Counted from the stretch's first letter, positions 19,171-27,418 are shown. The stretch is DNA of 56,996 nt from an uncultured Anaerolinea sp. (GCA_964470275.1 CAYYBP010000001.1:1-56996); one strand, 5' to 3'. The notes: a model not told the origin generated them from the letters alone. A program made the numbers and translations.

Positions 19171-19506
19171 TTAGAAATTACCCACCGCATCCAAAACAGT
19201 ATCGTAGATTTTGAATATCTGGGTGAAACCAGCGAGTTCGAAAACCGATTTAATATTATCCTGCATGGCGGCCAGCAGCAGGTCGCCCCGGTTATAGCGT
19301 TTACTGGCTTTCAAGGCTGCGATAAGAACCCGGAGACCAGCGCTCGAAATGAAATCCAACTCAGTCATATCTATCACGATCTTGAATTGACCGCGGTCGT
19401 GAACCTGGGCAATTTCTTCAGCGAGTTTCGGGGCGGTCGCGCTGTCTACGCGTCCGGCCACTTTTACTACATCACAGCGTTTGAATTGAGTGGTTGATGT
19501 TTCCAT
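19171..19506 (-). CDS. STAS-domain anti-sigma-factor antagonist (RsbV/SpoIIAA-like)
   Basis: 111 aa. Phosphorylatable-serine motif DFISSAGLRVLI. Confidence 0.88.
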   Translation of the reverse strand: METSTTQFKRCDVVKVAGRVDSATAPKLAEEIAQVHDRGQFKIVIDMTELDFISSAGLRVLIAALKASKRYNRGDLLLAAMQDNIKSVFELAGFTQIFKIYDTVLDAVGNF

Positions 19507-19545
19507 TTGATCGCTCCAGTCGTAAACGTTTGTCCAATATTATGT

Positions 19546-19554
19546 ATTATAACA
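19546..19554 (-). promoter_or_regulatory. Candidate extended -10 promoter (TGTTATAAT) for the STAS / kinase / phosphatase operon
   Basis: Minus strand reads TGTTATAAT about 40 nt upstream of the STAS ATG, with GGAG as RBS. There is no good -35. Confidence 0.35.
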
Positions 19555-19681
19555 TGCGCGTGAAGGGGCTTGACACTTGACAGTTAATCCGGCTTGGAAT
19601 TGTGGTATCATGAAAAAAATCGGACTGATACAAGTCACTATCACAGGATATTTCTTAATCAAGAAGAAAAACAGGATCACT

Positions 19682-20407
19682 ATGAACGAAAAAGACAATC
19701 CACAAAACGTGATAAATAAGTTTGCCCGAAGGCAAAAGATGATGCCTTATCTATTAGGCGGGTTGGCTGGTTTGCTTGCGCTGGCAGGGATCTTTATTAT
19801 CATTTCTGTTGTCACCGGCTCGGGAAATCCATTCAAAACGATATTTGCCACCAAGACACCCACCCCCACGTTGACCTTTACCCCCACCGCCACGGTTCCC
19901 TCTCCGACGCCAACCATGACGGCAACGGTCACAGAGACAGCCACTCCCACCATGACCGATACCCCCTCTGGCCCCCAGTATTACGAGGTCAAAGAAGGTG
20001 ACTCGTGCTACGCTTTGGCGGCAACATTTGAAGTTGACTTCATGGTCTTAATGCAGATCAACAACTTCCCGGCGAACAGCTGCCCCATCAAGCCCGGCGA
20101 CAAGATTCTCATCCCTGCGCCCGGCCAGCAGCTGCCAACCGCGACACCCTTGCCCACCGGGCTGCCGCGTGGAACCGAAATCGAATACACAATTCAACCC
20201 GGCGATACACTCGCTGCCATCGCAGTCCGGTTCAATAGCACGCTCGATGACATCCTTCGTTTGAACAAGATCGATGACGAAAATGCGATCGAAGCAGGTC
20301 AGATCATCAAGATTCGCATCAACCTGGTGACGCAGACCCCCACCTTCGTCCCGACCAGCACCCTCTCAAATGCCCCAACGCAGCCAACAGCGACCGTAAC
20401 TCCTTAA
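19682..20407 (+). CDS. Membrane-anchored protein with two LysM domains and Thr/Pro-rich linkers
   Basis: TM helix MMPYLLGGLAGLLALAGIFIIISVV. LysM repeats YYEVKEGDSCYALAATF...KPGDKILIP and YTIQPGDTLAAIAVRF...AGQIIKI. Start taken as MNEKDN (ATG 19682) rather than the upstream TTG at 19577. Confidence 0.85.
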   Translation: MNEKDNPQNVINKFARRQKMMPYLLGGLAGLLALAGIFIIISVVTGSGNPFKTIFATKTPTPTLTFTPTATVPSPTPTMTATVTETATPTMTDTPSGPQYYEVKEGDSCYALAATFEVDFMVLMQINNFPANSCPIKPGDKILIPAPGQQLPTATPLPTGLPRGTEIEYTIQPGDTLAAIAVRFNSTLDDILRLNKIDDENAIEAGQIIKIRINLVTQTPTFVPTSTLSNAPTQPTATVTP

Positions 20408-20427
20408 ACCATTCGTTTGAAGCAAAG

Positions 20428-20456
20428 ACAGCCCCTGCGTAATGAACAGGGGCTGT
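20428..20456. terminator. Hairpin between convergent LysM and queG genes (probable bidirectional terminator)
   Basis: ACAGCCCCTG-N9-CAGGGGCTGT. The flanking U-tracts are weak on both strands. Confidence 0.55.
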
Positions 20457-20460
20457 GTTG

Positions 20461-21513
20461 TTATATGTCAGCGAGCTGCTTCAAGACGTCCCTGGCGGTC
20501 GTGCTCACCATCGGGTCCTCCTCGGTTTGAAGTATCTCCTCGATGATCTCCACTGCTTCGCGCATCCGGTGGTTGCCCATCCACACCAGGATGTTGCGTT
20601 TGAGCCCGTTAAGCTTTGCGCGCTTTATCGCGCTGGAAGAAAATCTGTGGTCGAAATCATCTTTGGTGAAGCGCAGAACGCGGAGCATTTTTTCAACCGA
20701 AAAGCCGCTCAGGGTTTGCCCGTCGTCAACACGTGTCAGTACTTTGCGGTTCCATGGGCATACTGTCTGGCACAAGTCGCAGCCGAACACCCACTCTCCG
20801 ACCTTCCCGCCTTGCCCTGCGAGGATCTCGCCTTTGTTCTCGATCGTGAGGTAGGAGATGCATCTCGCCGCGTCGATCGTCCGGTCCTCCTGGATACAGC
20901 CGGTGGGGCAGGCATCCAAGCACCGCGTGCAGCTGCCGCAATGGTCCTCCGGGTAAGGCGGGTTGGTTCTTAATGGCATCGCGGTGAAGATCTCCGTGAG
21001 GAGAAAACCGGAACCCTCCCGCGGAGAGATGACACACGAGTTCCTGCCGATCCAGCCCAAACCGGCCCGCACCGCCAGTTCACGCTCCAGGATCGGTGCG
21101 CTATCTGTGAAAACCCTGGGTTGTGGCGATTCAGGAAAAGCATTAACCAGCATATCGCACAGCGGTTTTAACAGGTCTGGCAGGCGGGAGTGGTAGTCCT
21201 CGCAGGCCGCGTAACCGCTGATCCTTCCAACCCATTCCCCGCCAGCTGCGCTCTCGCTTGTCAGATGGTAGGGGTATCCAAGCACGATGATGGACTGCAG
21301 ACCCGGGTAGAGAAGTGCCGGGTCCGACCGGGTCTGACGGTGATAGGCTGAGTCGAGGTACGCCATTCCTCCGTGCTTTCCTTCATCCAGCCACCGGATG
21401 TACCTTTCGTAGCTTTCAGCCGGTCCAGGTGAAGCGATGCCAAATAAAGAAAAGCCAAGGCGCAATGCCCTGGCTTTCAGTTCTTCTTCCAATCCGGCGG
21501 ATTCTTTCAGCAT
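20461..21513 (-). CDS. queG: Epoxyqueuosine reductase
   Basis: Two 4Fe-4S motifs (CGSCTRCLDACPTGC; CDLCQTVCPWN), the B12-binding N-terminal region and a HEAT-like C-terminal tail. Confidence 0.92.
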   Translation of the reverse strand: MLKESAGLEEELKARALRLGFSLFGIASPGPAESYERYIRWLDEGKHGGMAYLDSAYHRQTRSDPALLYPGLQSIIVLGYPYHLTSESAAGGEWVGRISGYAACEDYHSRLPDLLKPLCDMLVNAFPESPQPRVFTDSAPILERELAVRAGLGWIGRNSCVISPREGSGFLLTEIFTAMPLRTNPPYPEDHCGSCTRCLDACPTGCIQEDRTIDAARCISYLTIENKGEILAGQGGKVGEWVFGCDLCQTVCPWNRKVLTRVDDGQTLSGFSVEKMLRVLRFTKDDFDHRFSSSAIKRAKLNGLKRNILVWMGNHRMREAVEIIEEILQTEEDPMVSTTARDVLKQLADI

Positions 21514-21517
21514 GTCC

Positions 21518-22279
21518 TTATGGCGTGGCCGTGGACGGTGTCACCGTGGGTGAGGGGGTTACCGGGGTCGGGCTGGGACCGAAAGTCGCGGTCGCGGTGG
21601 GTAGCGTCCCGGTGATCGTGGGCGTCGGCGGAACGAGGGTGGGGGTGAGGGTGATATCACTCACAACAATACTGATGCTCGCGTACTCGCCGAACGCGTA
21701 ACCGGCGGCGCTGTACATCTTCCAGTAGCTGGTGTGAGGTCCGGCCACGGTCGGGGCAACGAACGTGATGCTCACTTCCGTGTATTCACCAGGGGCGACA
21801 TCTTTCCCGAGCATGACCAGGTATTCGTTATTCTTCCCCAGCAGGTCACCCTCCAGGTAAACGATCCCGTAATCCTTGGTCCAGGTGGTGGCTCCGGAGT
21901 TTTGAAACCGCCAGGTCTTGACGAATTGCTCTCCGGGTTTCACCACCGTGCCATCCGGGTAGGTGACATCCGCGATGAACAAGGAGTTATCCGTGATGGA
22001 ATCCGGCGGCAGAGTGAGCACCTGTCCCATCGTGGGTGTAGGGCTGGCCGCTTCAGGGGTCGGGCTTTCCGGTCCCGGGGTGAGGGTTTCAGTTGGAACA
22101 GGTGTGGGGGTGGTGGTCGGGATGGCTGAAGCCGCCCTTGTCAATTCCGCCTTGACTGTCGCTGCGATTTCGGTCATCTTCTGGTTCGGATCGGCAGTTG
22201 CCTTTGCCCCGCAACCCGCGATCATTACCGTCGCCAGGGCGATAACAAGCACTCCGATAATTCTTTTTTTCACTAGCAT
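21518..22279 (-). CDS. Lipoprotein with an NBR1-like (Ig-like FW) domain and Thr/Pro-rich linkers
   Basis: Lipobox IAGC. Core FVKTWRFQNSGATTWTKDYGIVYLEG...VAPGEYTEVSITFVAPTVAGPHTSYWKM resembles the Nbr1_FW fold. Start set to MLVKKR (ATG 22279) with GGAGG 9 nt upstream. Confidence 0.75.
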   Translation of the reverse strand: MLVKKRIIGVLVIALATVMIAGCGAKATADPNQKMTEIAATVKAELTRAASAIPTTTPTPVPTETLTPGPESPTPEAASPTPTMGQVLTLPPDSITDNSLFIADVTYPDGTVVKPGEQFVKTWRFQNSGATTWTKDYGIVYLEGDLLGKNNEYLVMLGKDVAPGEYTEVSITFVAPTVAGPHTSYWKMYSAAGYAFGEYASISIVVSDITLTPTLVPPTPTITGTLPTATATFGPSPTPVTPSPTVTPSTATP

Positions 22280-22314
22280 TCTTCTTTCCTCCAGCAATTT
22301 AAAACTCACCGCTT

Positions 22315-22343
22315 ATTGTCAAACAACTTGGGAGGCTTGTCAA
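22315..22343 (-). promoter_or_regulatory. Candidate sigma-70-type promoter for the NBR1-like lipoprotein gene
   Basis: Minus strand reads TTGACA-17 nt-GACAAT about 35 nt upstream of the ATG. Confidence 0.35.
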
Positions 22344-22462
22344 GAGCCTGCAATTTGCCATATTTCACCGTGCCGCCAGGTAGATGTAACGAGGACGGGT
22401 TGCCTGCGGATTTTTGACTCCCAGTCGGGGTGTAATATCCTTTTTTGAAAACCTTACTGGTT

Positions 22463-22786
22463 TTACACCAGGGTCTCCACCGGGATTATGCTTTGCAGCA
22501 GCAGGTCCCCCTCTTTGCGGGTCACCTGCACGCTCACCACCAGCGCCCCCTCGGCTGCCTGCTTGCCGGTGTGCAGTGTAAAATCAACCCGGTTATTGAG
22601 CACACCCAGGATGGACGCGGATGAGATTACCCTTTGATCTTCAGAGAGCAGCTCCAGGCTGACCGTTGTATCGAGGGAAGCCCCGGAAAATCCGATCGAG
22701 ACCCTCACGCGTTTCTGGTCTTCCAGCAGCCGAGCGCATTGCTCCACGATTTGCACCGGGATGGGTTCAGCGGTTTCTGCGCTCAT
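22463..22786 (-). CDS. Hypothetical 107-aa protein, translationally coupled to the DUF1015-like gene
   Basis: Balanced, beta-strand-like composition. ATGA start/stop overlap with the upstream gene at 22783-22786. I recognise no motif. Confidence 0.55.
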   Translation of the reverse strand: MSAETAEPIPVQIVEQCARLLEDQKRVRVSIGFSGASLDTTVSLELLSEDQRVISSASILGVLNNRVDFTLHTGKQAAEGALVVSVQVTRKEGDLLLQSIIPVETLV

Positions 22787-24065
22787 CGGATAATTTTCCG
22801 GGCTTCCATATAGAAGCGTTTTTCATGGGCCTCGCCCATTGAGAAGGTTTTTCGCGGCAGCGCCCCATCCAGGATGACCGTGCGGAATAGATCGCTTTTC
22901 TGCATCGCGGGCAGGTAAAATCCCGCGTTTCCCACCTGGCTGCCAAGATTGAAGACGATCTCGTCGCCGTGTACGTAGTCAATTTGGGTGGCGCTGTCTG
23001 CCTTCAACCATGCGTCAAGGATGGGCTGCAGGCTTCCCACCGGCAGGTTCGCCGATGGTTTGGCGATCGATACCAAGTAATACGCGTCCGGGGTGATCAT
23101 CCCGATCATGTGGCAGTCAACACTGCCTTGCCTGACGCGTGCTCTCAATAACGCCGGGTTTTCAAGCCGTTCAAAGTGAGCGCGGGAACCCGCGTATTCC
23201 CGGATTCGTGTTATCGGGTCGCCCTGGACATCGAATAACACCCGGTGGATCGGTTCAAATTCCAGGCCCCGGTCGTGAATATTCTCGATTTCCACCAACG
23301 CGTACCGCGACGGGTGGTCCATCTCGACCACCGGTTTCAATTCCTCCCAGATCGCCTTGGCGGTCGCCAGCGAGTGATTGCCGTCGCCCACCGCAAAAAG
23401 CAGTACCCCTTTATCCGGGGAAAGATCGTATTTCGGATAAAAAACTTCCGGGCTGGCGAGGTGCTGCAACCCGTCCAGGATGCGGCTCTCGAGTTCTTCA
23501 CTAACGATCCTGCCGTGCAGGTGGCCGCTGCCCTTCATCAGGTCAAAGTTGTAGACCACTGGCAGCGTTGATTTCTCGGCTTCCACCGCGCCGATGACGA
23601 CATCTTCCGGATCATCGATCAAGACCAGAATGTGCGGCAGTTCAAGCGGGGCGTCTTTGCGTATGCGCATCCGCGGCGGCAGGCGGTCAAGGATTGTTCC
23701 CTCGGTGGCCCTGATCAGGCTTTGCGACCCCTTGGAAAAATCGTACTTCTCCAGGTCAAGCGCCATCATCAATCCCCGCCGCACCTTTCCGTCCACAGTC
23801 CGTTCAACGTAAATGGTGTGATCCTGCGGCTGCAGCGTTCCATCTTCCAGGTACTGCTTCATATGGTTATTGATGCTGATCACCTTCTGTGCTTCCTCCT
23901 GTTTGCCCAGGTAAACTTCGGGCAGAATGAGGTGCAGTGTGGAAGGTATCCTGGCTCTGAAGTGTATTGATCGCACGCGATCACGGCCCATTTTTCCAGG
24001 TTGATGTGCCTGGCCGGCAGGAAGGTATCTGGGATCTGAACACCGATGGATGGATAATTTTTCAT
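22783..24065 (-). CDS. DUF1015-like conserved protein, interrupted by an apparent 1-nt frameshift near 23946
   Basis: The body lies in the long ORF (PSTLHLILPEVYL ... ATEGTILDRLPPRMRIRKDAPLELPHILVLIDDP ... FAVGDGNHSLATAKA ... EPIHRVLF). A plausible N-terminus MKNYPSIGVQIPDTFLPARHINLEKWAVIACDQYTSEPGY sits in another frame (ORF 23880-24065). The 5' extension of the long ORF to 24330 overlaps degV and is R/G/P-rich junk. Confidence 0.6.
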
Positions 24066-24158
24066 AAGAGGAGCCTTTTTGGTTTATTTTACCAGACAGA
24101 CCCGGAATGAAAAAATCCTCCCGTTTTACCGGGAGGATTTTGCGTAAACAGGAAATCA

Positions 24159-25019
24159 CTACATGCCGGACATGAACGCGAGCCCCAGCGCTCCCGGGCC
24201 AGCGTGCGTGCCCAACACCGGGCTGACCGTGCTCAGCAGTGCGTCCGTGACCAGCGACGACGGGAACCGTTTGACCGCCTTCTCGAGCAGCGCCTCTCCC
24301 TCGCGGGGGGCGTTGGCGTGCACCGCGCATAGCCGCAGCGGACCGGCTTCGTTTTTCAACCTGGTTTCTACCAGGTCAAGCAGGCGGTCGCTGGCCTTAG
24401 AAAGCGTACGGACCCGCTCGATCGCTTCGATCCGCCCATCGCGCAGCTCCAGTAGCGGTTTCAGATTCAACATCGTCCCCAAAAAAGCCTGGGCCCCGCC
24501 AATTCTGCCGCCGCGATGCAGGAATTCAAGTGTGCTCAACACAAAGTACACGCCGGTGCTGGCAGCCGCTTTCGCCGCCACCGCCTTGCACTCCGCCAGG
24601 CTCGCGCCGGCTGCCGCCATGCGCGCCGCGCTTAACACCTGGAACCCCATTGCCATGCTCGTGCTGCTGGAGTCGAACAATTCAATGTTGCCCCCGGGGG
24701 TGGCGCGCATTGCCTGGGTGGCTGAATCCAGTGTGCCCGAGAGCTTGCCGGAGATGTGGATGCTGAGGATGTCATACTCATCCGCCACCAGTTGTTGGTA
24801 CAGCTCCTTGAATTGCTCAGGTGTGACCTGCGACGTGGACGGCATTACCGTGTCTTTGGAAAGCCGCTCATAAAAATCTTTTGGCGTGATATCGATTCCA
24901 TCCCGAAGAATCTCGTTTCCCCAGATCACCTGGAGCGGGAGAAACCTGATTGGCAGCCCCGCCAACATTTCATCCGGGATATTTGATGTGCTATCTGTTA
25001 CGATCATGACCTTGCGCAT
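24159..25019 (-). CDS. DegV family fatty-acid-binding protein
   Basis: 286 aa. MIVTDSTSNIPDE N-terminus and SGTLDSA, typical of DegV. Confidence 0.9.
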   Translation of the reverse strand: MRKVMIVTDSTSNIPDEMLAGLPIRFLPLQVIWGNEILRDGIDITPKDFYERLSKDTVMPSTSQVTPEQFKELYQQLVADEYDILSIHISGKLSGTLDSATQAMRATPGGNIELFDSSSTSMAMGFQVLSAARMAAAGASLAECKAVAAKAAASTGVYFVLSTLEFLHRGGRIGGAQAFLGTMLNLKPLLELRDGRIEAIERVRTLSKASDRLLDLVETRLKNEAGPLRLCAVHANAPREGEALLEKAVKRFPSSLVTDALLSTVSPVLGTHAGPGALGLAFMSGM

Positions 25020-25226
25020 AAAGATTTACCTCCAAAAAAGCACCGAATAAGCGATTTGGATATAGAAACCCCGATTTGTCTGGCTGGTTGCATGTGGATG
25101 GGCGGTTTCTCAGTGAATCCCAACGCGCTTGACACCCATGGTACAATAGATATAGAACTTATGTACTACATGATACGATACATGAACCAGCATATCTTGT
25201 TTCTTCATTCAGACAACCCTCCGGCG

Positions 25227-25245
25227 GATTCGTTTCTGATTCGTT
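25227..25245 (+). repeat. Direct repeat GATTCGTT-N3-GATTCGTT (11-bp period) upstream of the ffh promoter candidate
   Basis: Read directly from the sequence. It lies about 27 bp upstream of the candidate -35. Confidence 0.5.
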
Positions 25246-25271
25246 CCTACAGTTATCGAAACCATGGGCTC

Positions 25272-25300
25272 TTGACCAAACCTGCCAGAGAAGCTAAAAT
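25272..25300 (+). promoter_or_regulatory. Candidate sigma-70-type promoter for the ffh-rpsP operon
   Basis: TTGACC (25272-25277), 17 nt, TAAAAT (25295-25300), about 45 nt upstream of the GTG start of ffh. Confidence 0.45.
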
Positions 25301-25345
25301 GCTGCGGTTATAATAGGGTTGCTAAATCAATAAGGAACCGAAAAA

Positions 25346-26668
25346 GTGTTTGAGAATTTATCCGGCAGGTTAGAACAGATCTTCACCCAGCTCCGCCGCA
25401 AGGGAAAGCTCTCGGCGGAGGATGTGGATTCCATGATGCGCGAAATCCGTCTCGCGCTGCTCGAAGCGGATGTCAATTACACGGTCGTCAAGGAATTCAC
25501 CTCCCGGGTGCGCGAGCGGGCGGTGGGTACCGAGGTGTCAAAGGCCCTCAATCCCGCCCAGCAGGTGATCAAGATCGTCAACGACGAGCTGATCCGCACG
25601 CTGGGTGAGCCTGCCAGGTTGAATCTTTCGGGGGTAAAACCTTACGCATTGATGCTTGTGGGTCTGCAGGGCTCAGGCAAGACCACCACCGCCGCCAAGC
25701 TCGCGAAACGCCTGAGGTCAGATGGAGAACGCGTGCTTCTGGTAGCCGCCGACCCCTACCGGCCAGCAGCCGTAAAACAACTGCAGACGCTTGGCGAGAA
25801 AATTGGCGTCGAAGTGATCGCGGACCCGGCAAAGAAACCGCCTGAGCTGGCTGCCCAGGCCTGGGACAAGGCCCAAAAGGGCGGTTACACGGTCATGATC
25901 ATCGACACCGCCGGCCGTTCGCAGCTCGACCAGCCGCTGATGGATGAACTGCAGGCGATCGCGCGCAAGGTGAAATTGGTCGAGACACTGTTGGTGGTGG
26001 ATGCCATGATCGGGCAGGAGGCCCTGCGTATCGCTGAGGGCTTCCGCGATGCTGTGGCGATCACGGGTCTGATCTTCACCAAGATCGACGGTGATGCCCG
26101 CGGCGGGGCTGCCATCTCCGTGCGCAACGCGACCGGTGTTCCCATCAAGTATCTCGGCACCGGCGAGGGGATTGACGCGCTGGAAGTGTTTGATCCCGCA
26201 AGATTGGCTTCCCGAATTTTGGGAATGGGTGATATGATTGGGCTGATCGAAAAAGCGGAAGCTGCTTTTGATCAAAAAGTCCAAAAAGAACAGGCTGACC
26301 GGATGATGAAAGGTCAGTTCACTCTTGAGGATTTTGCCGATCAGATCAAGCAGATTCGCAAGATGGGTTCGATCTCGCAGGTGATGGACATGCTCCCCGG
26401 TGGATTGGGGCAGATGTCCCGTAATGTTTCCCCTGACGAGACGGAACGCAACATCAAGAAAACTGAAGCGATCATCAACTCGATGACGCGCCAGGAAAGA
26501 CGGAACCCGGACCTTCTCAACGCTTCACGCCGGCGGCGTATCGCTGGCGGGGCGGGCACGAACGTTCAGGAAGTGAATCGCCTGATCAAGCAGTTCAGGG
26601 ATGCGCAGCGTCTGATGAAAACTTTGCAGAAAACAGGCGGGAAGGGACTTTCCCGATTGTTCAAGTGA
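25346..26668 (+). CDS. ffh: Signal recognition particle protein Ffh
   Basis: GTG start. NG domain GLQGSGKTTTAAKLA, DTAGR, TKIDGDARGG. Met-rich M domain. Confidence 0.97.
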   Translation: MFENLSGRLEQIFTQLRRKGKLSAEDVDSMMREIRLALLEADVNYTVVKEFTSRVRERAVGTEVSKALNPAQQVIKIVNDELIRTLGEPARLNLSGVKPYALMLVGLQGSGKTTTAAKLAKRLRSDGERVLLVAADPYRPAAVKQLQTLGEKIGVEVIADPAKKPPELAAQAWDKAQKGGYTVMIIDTAGRSQLDQPLMDELQAIARKVKLVETLLVVDAMIGQEALRIAEGFRDAVAITGLIFTKIDGDARGGAAISVRNATGVPIKYLGTGEGIDALEVFDPARLASRILGMGDMIGLIEKAEAAFDQKVQKEQADRMMKGQFTLEDFADQIKQIRKMGSISQVMDMLPGGLGQMSRNVSPDETERNIKKTEAIINSMTRQERRNPDLLNASRRRRIAGGAGTNVQEVNRLIKQFRDAQRLMKTLQKTGGKGLSRLFK

Positions 26669-26776
26669 TCAAAAATGAAACAGCGGTAAGCGCTTCCTTC
26701 AGCGCCCCTCGCCAAAGCGAAATTTTTGGATTCACATCATATTTGATCATTTCTAAAGATACAGGAGATTAACCAG

Positions 26777-27115
26777 ATGGTAAGAATTCGTTTACGCAGA
26801 GTAGGCCTAAAGAATCAACCCAGTTACCGGATCGTCGTCGCGGACAAAGAAAGCCCGCGTGATGGCAGGTTCCTGGAGATCATTGGTCACTACAATCCCA
26901 CCACCGATCCTTTCACGCTGGAAGTGAAAGAAGACCGGGTATACGAGTGGATGAAGAATGGCGCTCAAACCAGCGAATCCGTGATGCGGTTGTTCAAGAT
27001 CACCGGTCTGCTCGAACGCTATGAAAGATTTAAGAATGGCGAGGCAGTTGAAACCCTTCTGGCTGAAGCCCGCAAAGCCACTGACGAACGCCACGCCAAA
27101 ATCGCGACCAAATAA
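26777..27115 (+). CDS. rpsP: 30S ribosomal protein S16 (with a C-terminal extension)
   Basis: MVRIRLRRVGLKNQPSYRIVVADKESPRDGRFLEIIGHYNP. Confidence 0.96.
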   Translation: MVRIRLRRVGLKNQPSYRIVVADKESPRDGRFLEIIGHYNPTTDPFTLEVKEDRVYEWMKNGAQTSESVMRLFKITGLLERYERFKNGEAVETLLAEARKATDERHAKIATK

Positions 27116-27181
27116 CCTGCCATGCAGCGCTCAGACAGATCCAATCAAAGGTATCAGAAGTTCAACACTGAGGAGAGCCAC

Positions 27182-27418
27182 GTGAAGGAACTGATCGAAT
27201 ACGTTGCGCTTTCACTGGTGGATGATCCCTCCCAGGTCGTCGTCACCACTTACCGGGCCGGCGGCCGCGAGAATCTTGAGCTTCACGTCGCACGTGAGGA
27301 TATGGGCCGTGTGATCGGCAAGGGCGGACGGGTGGCCAACGCCATGCGTATTCTGCTGCGCGTCGCCGCAGCCCGCGAGGGGACGCAGGCCAATCTCGAG
27401 GTTGCTGAACCAAAATGA
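27182..27418 (+). CDS. KH-domain RNA-binding protein (YlqC/UPF0109 family)
   Basis: VKELIEYVALSLVDDPSQV...GRVIGKGGRVANAMRILL. GTG at 27182 is preceded by GAGGAG. Conserved position between rpsP and rimM. Confidence 0.85.
   Translation: MKELIEYVALSLVDDPSQVVVTTYRAGGRENLELHVAREDMGRVIGKGGRVANAMRILLRVAAAREGTQANLEVAEPK

Noticed and set aside
23940-23950. Programmed -1 ribosomal frameshifting in the DUF1015-like gene.
   Set aside because: There is no X XXY YYZ slippery heptamer at the junction (GGA TAC CTT) and no obvious downstream stimulatory structure. An indel or sequencing error is more parsimonious.
22783-24330. Taking the 515-aa ORF at face value as one protein with a long N-terminal extension.
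   Set aside because: The first ~125 residues are R/G/P/H-rich and the first ~57 overlap the 3' end of degV in another frame. A far more protein-like N-terminus is found in a different frame starting at 24065.
25056-25313. 85-aa ORF filling the degV / ffh intergenic spacer.
   Set aside because: It has a TTG start with no RBS and an odd composition (MYYMIRYMNQHILFLH). It also overlaps the best promoter candidate for ffh. The region is treated as non-coding or regulatory instead.
25020-25345. SRP RNA (ffs) or another known ncRNA next to ffh.
   Set aside because: I looked for the conserved SRP domain IV sequence (GGAAGGAAGCAGC-type with the flanking symmetric loop) and did not find it. No convincing long-range helices were seen by eye. 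Only a covariance-model scan could settle this.
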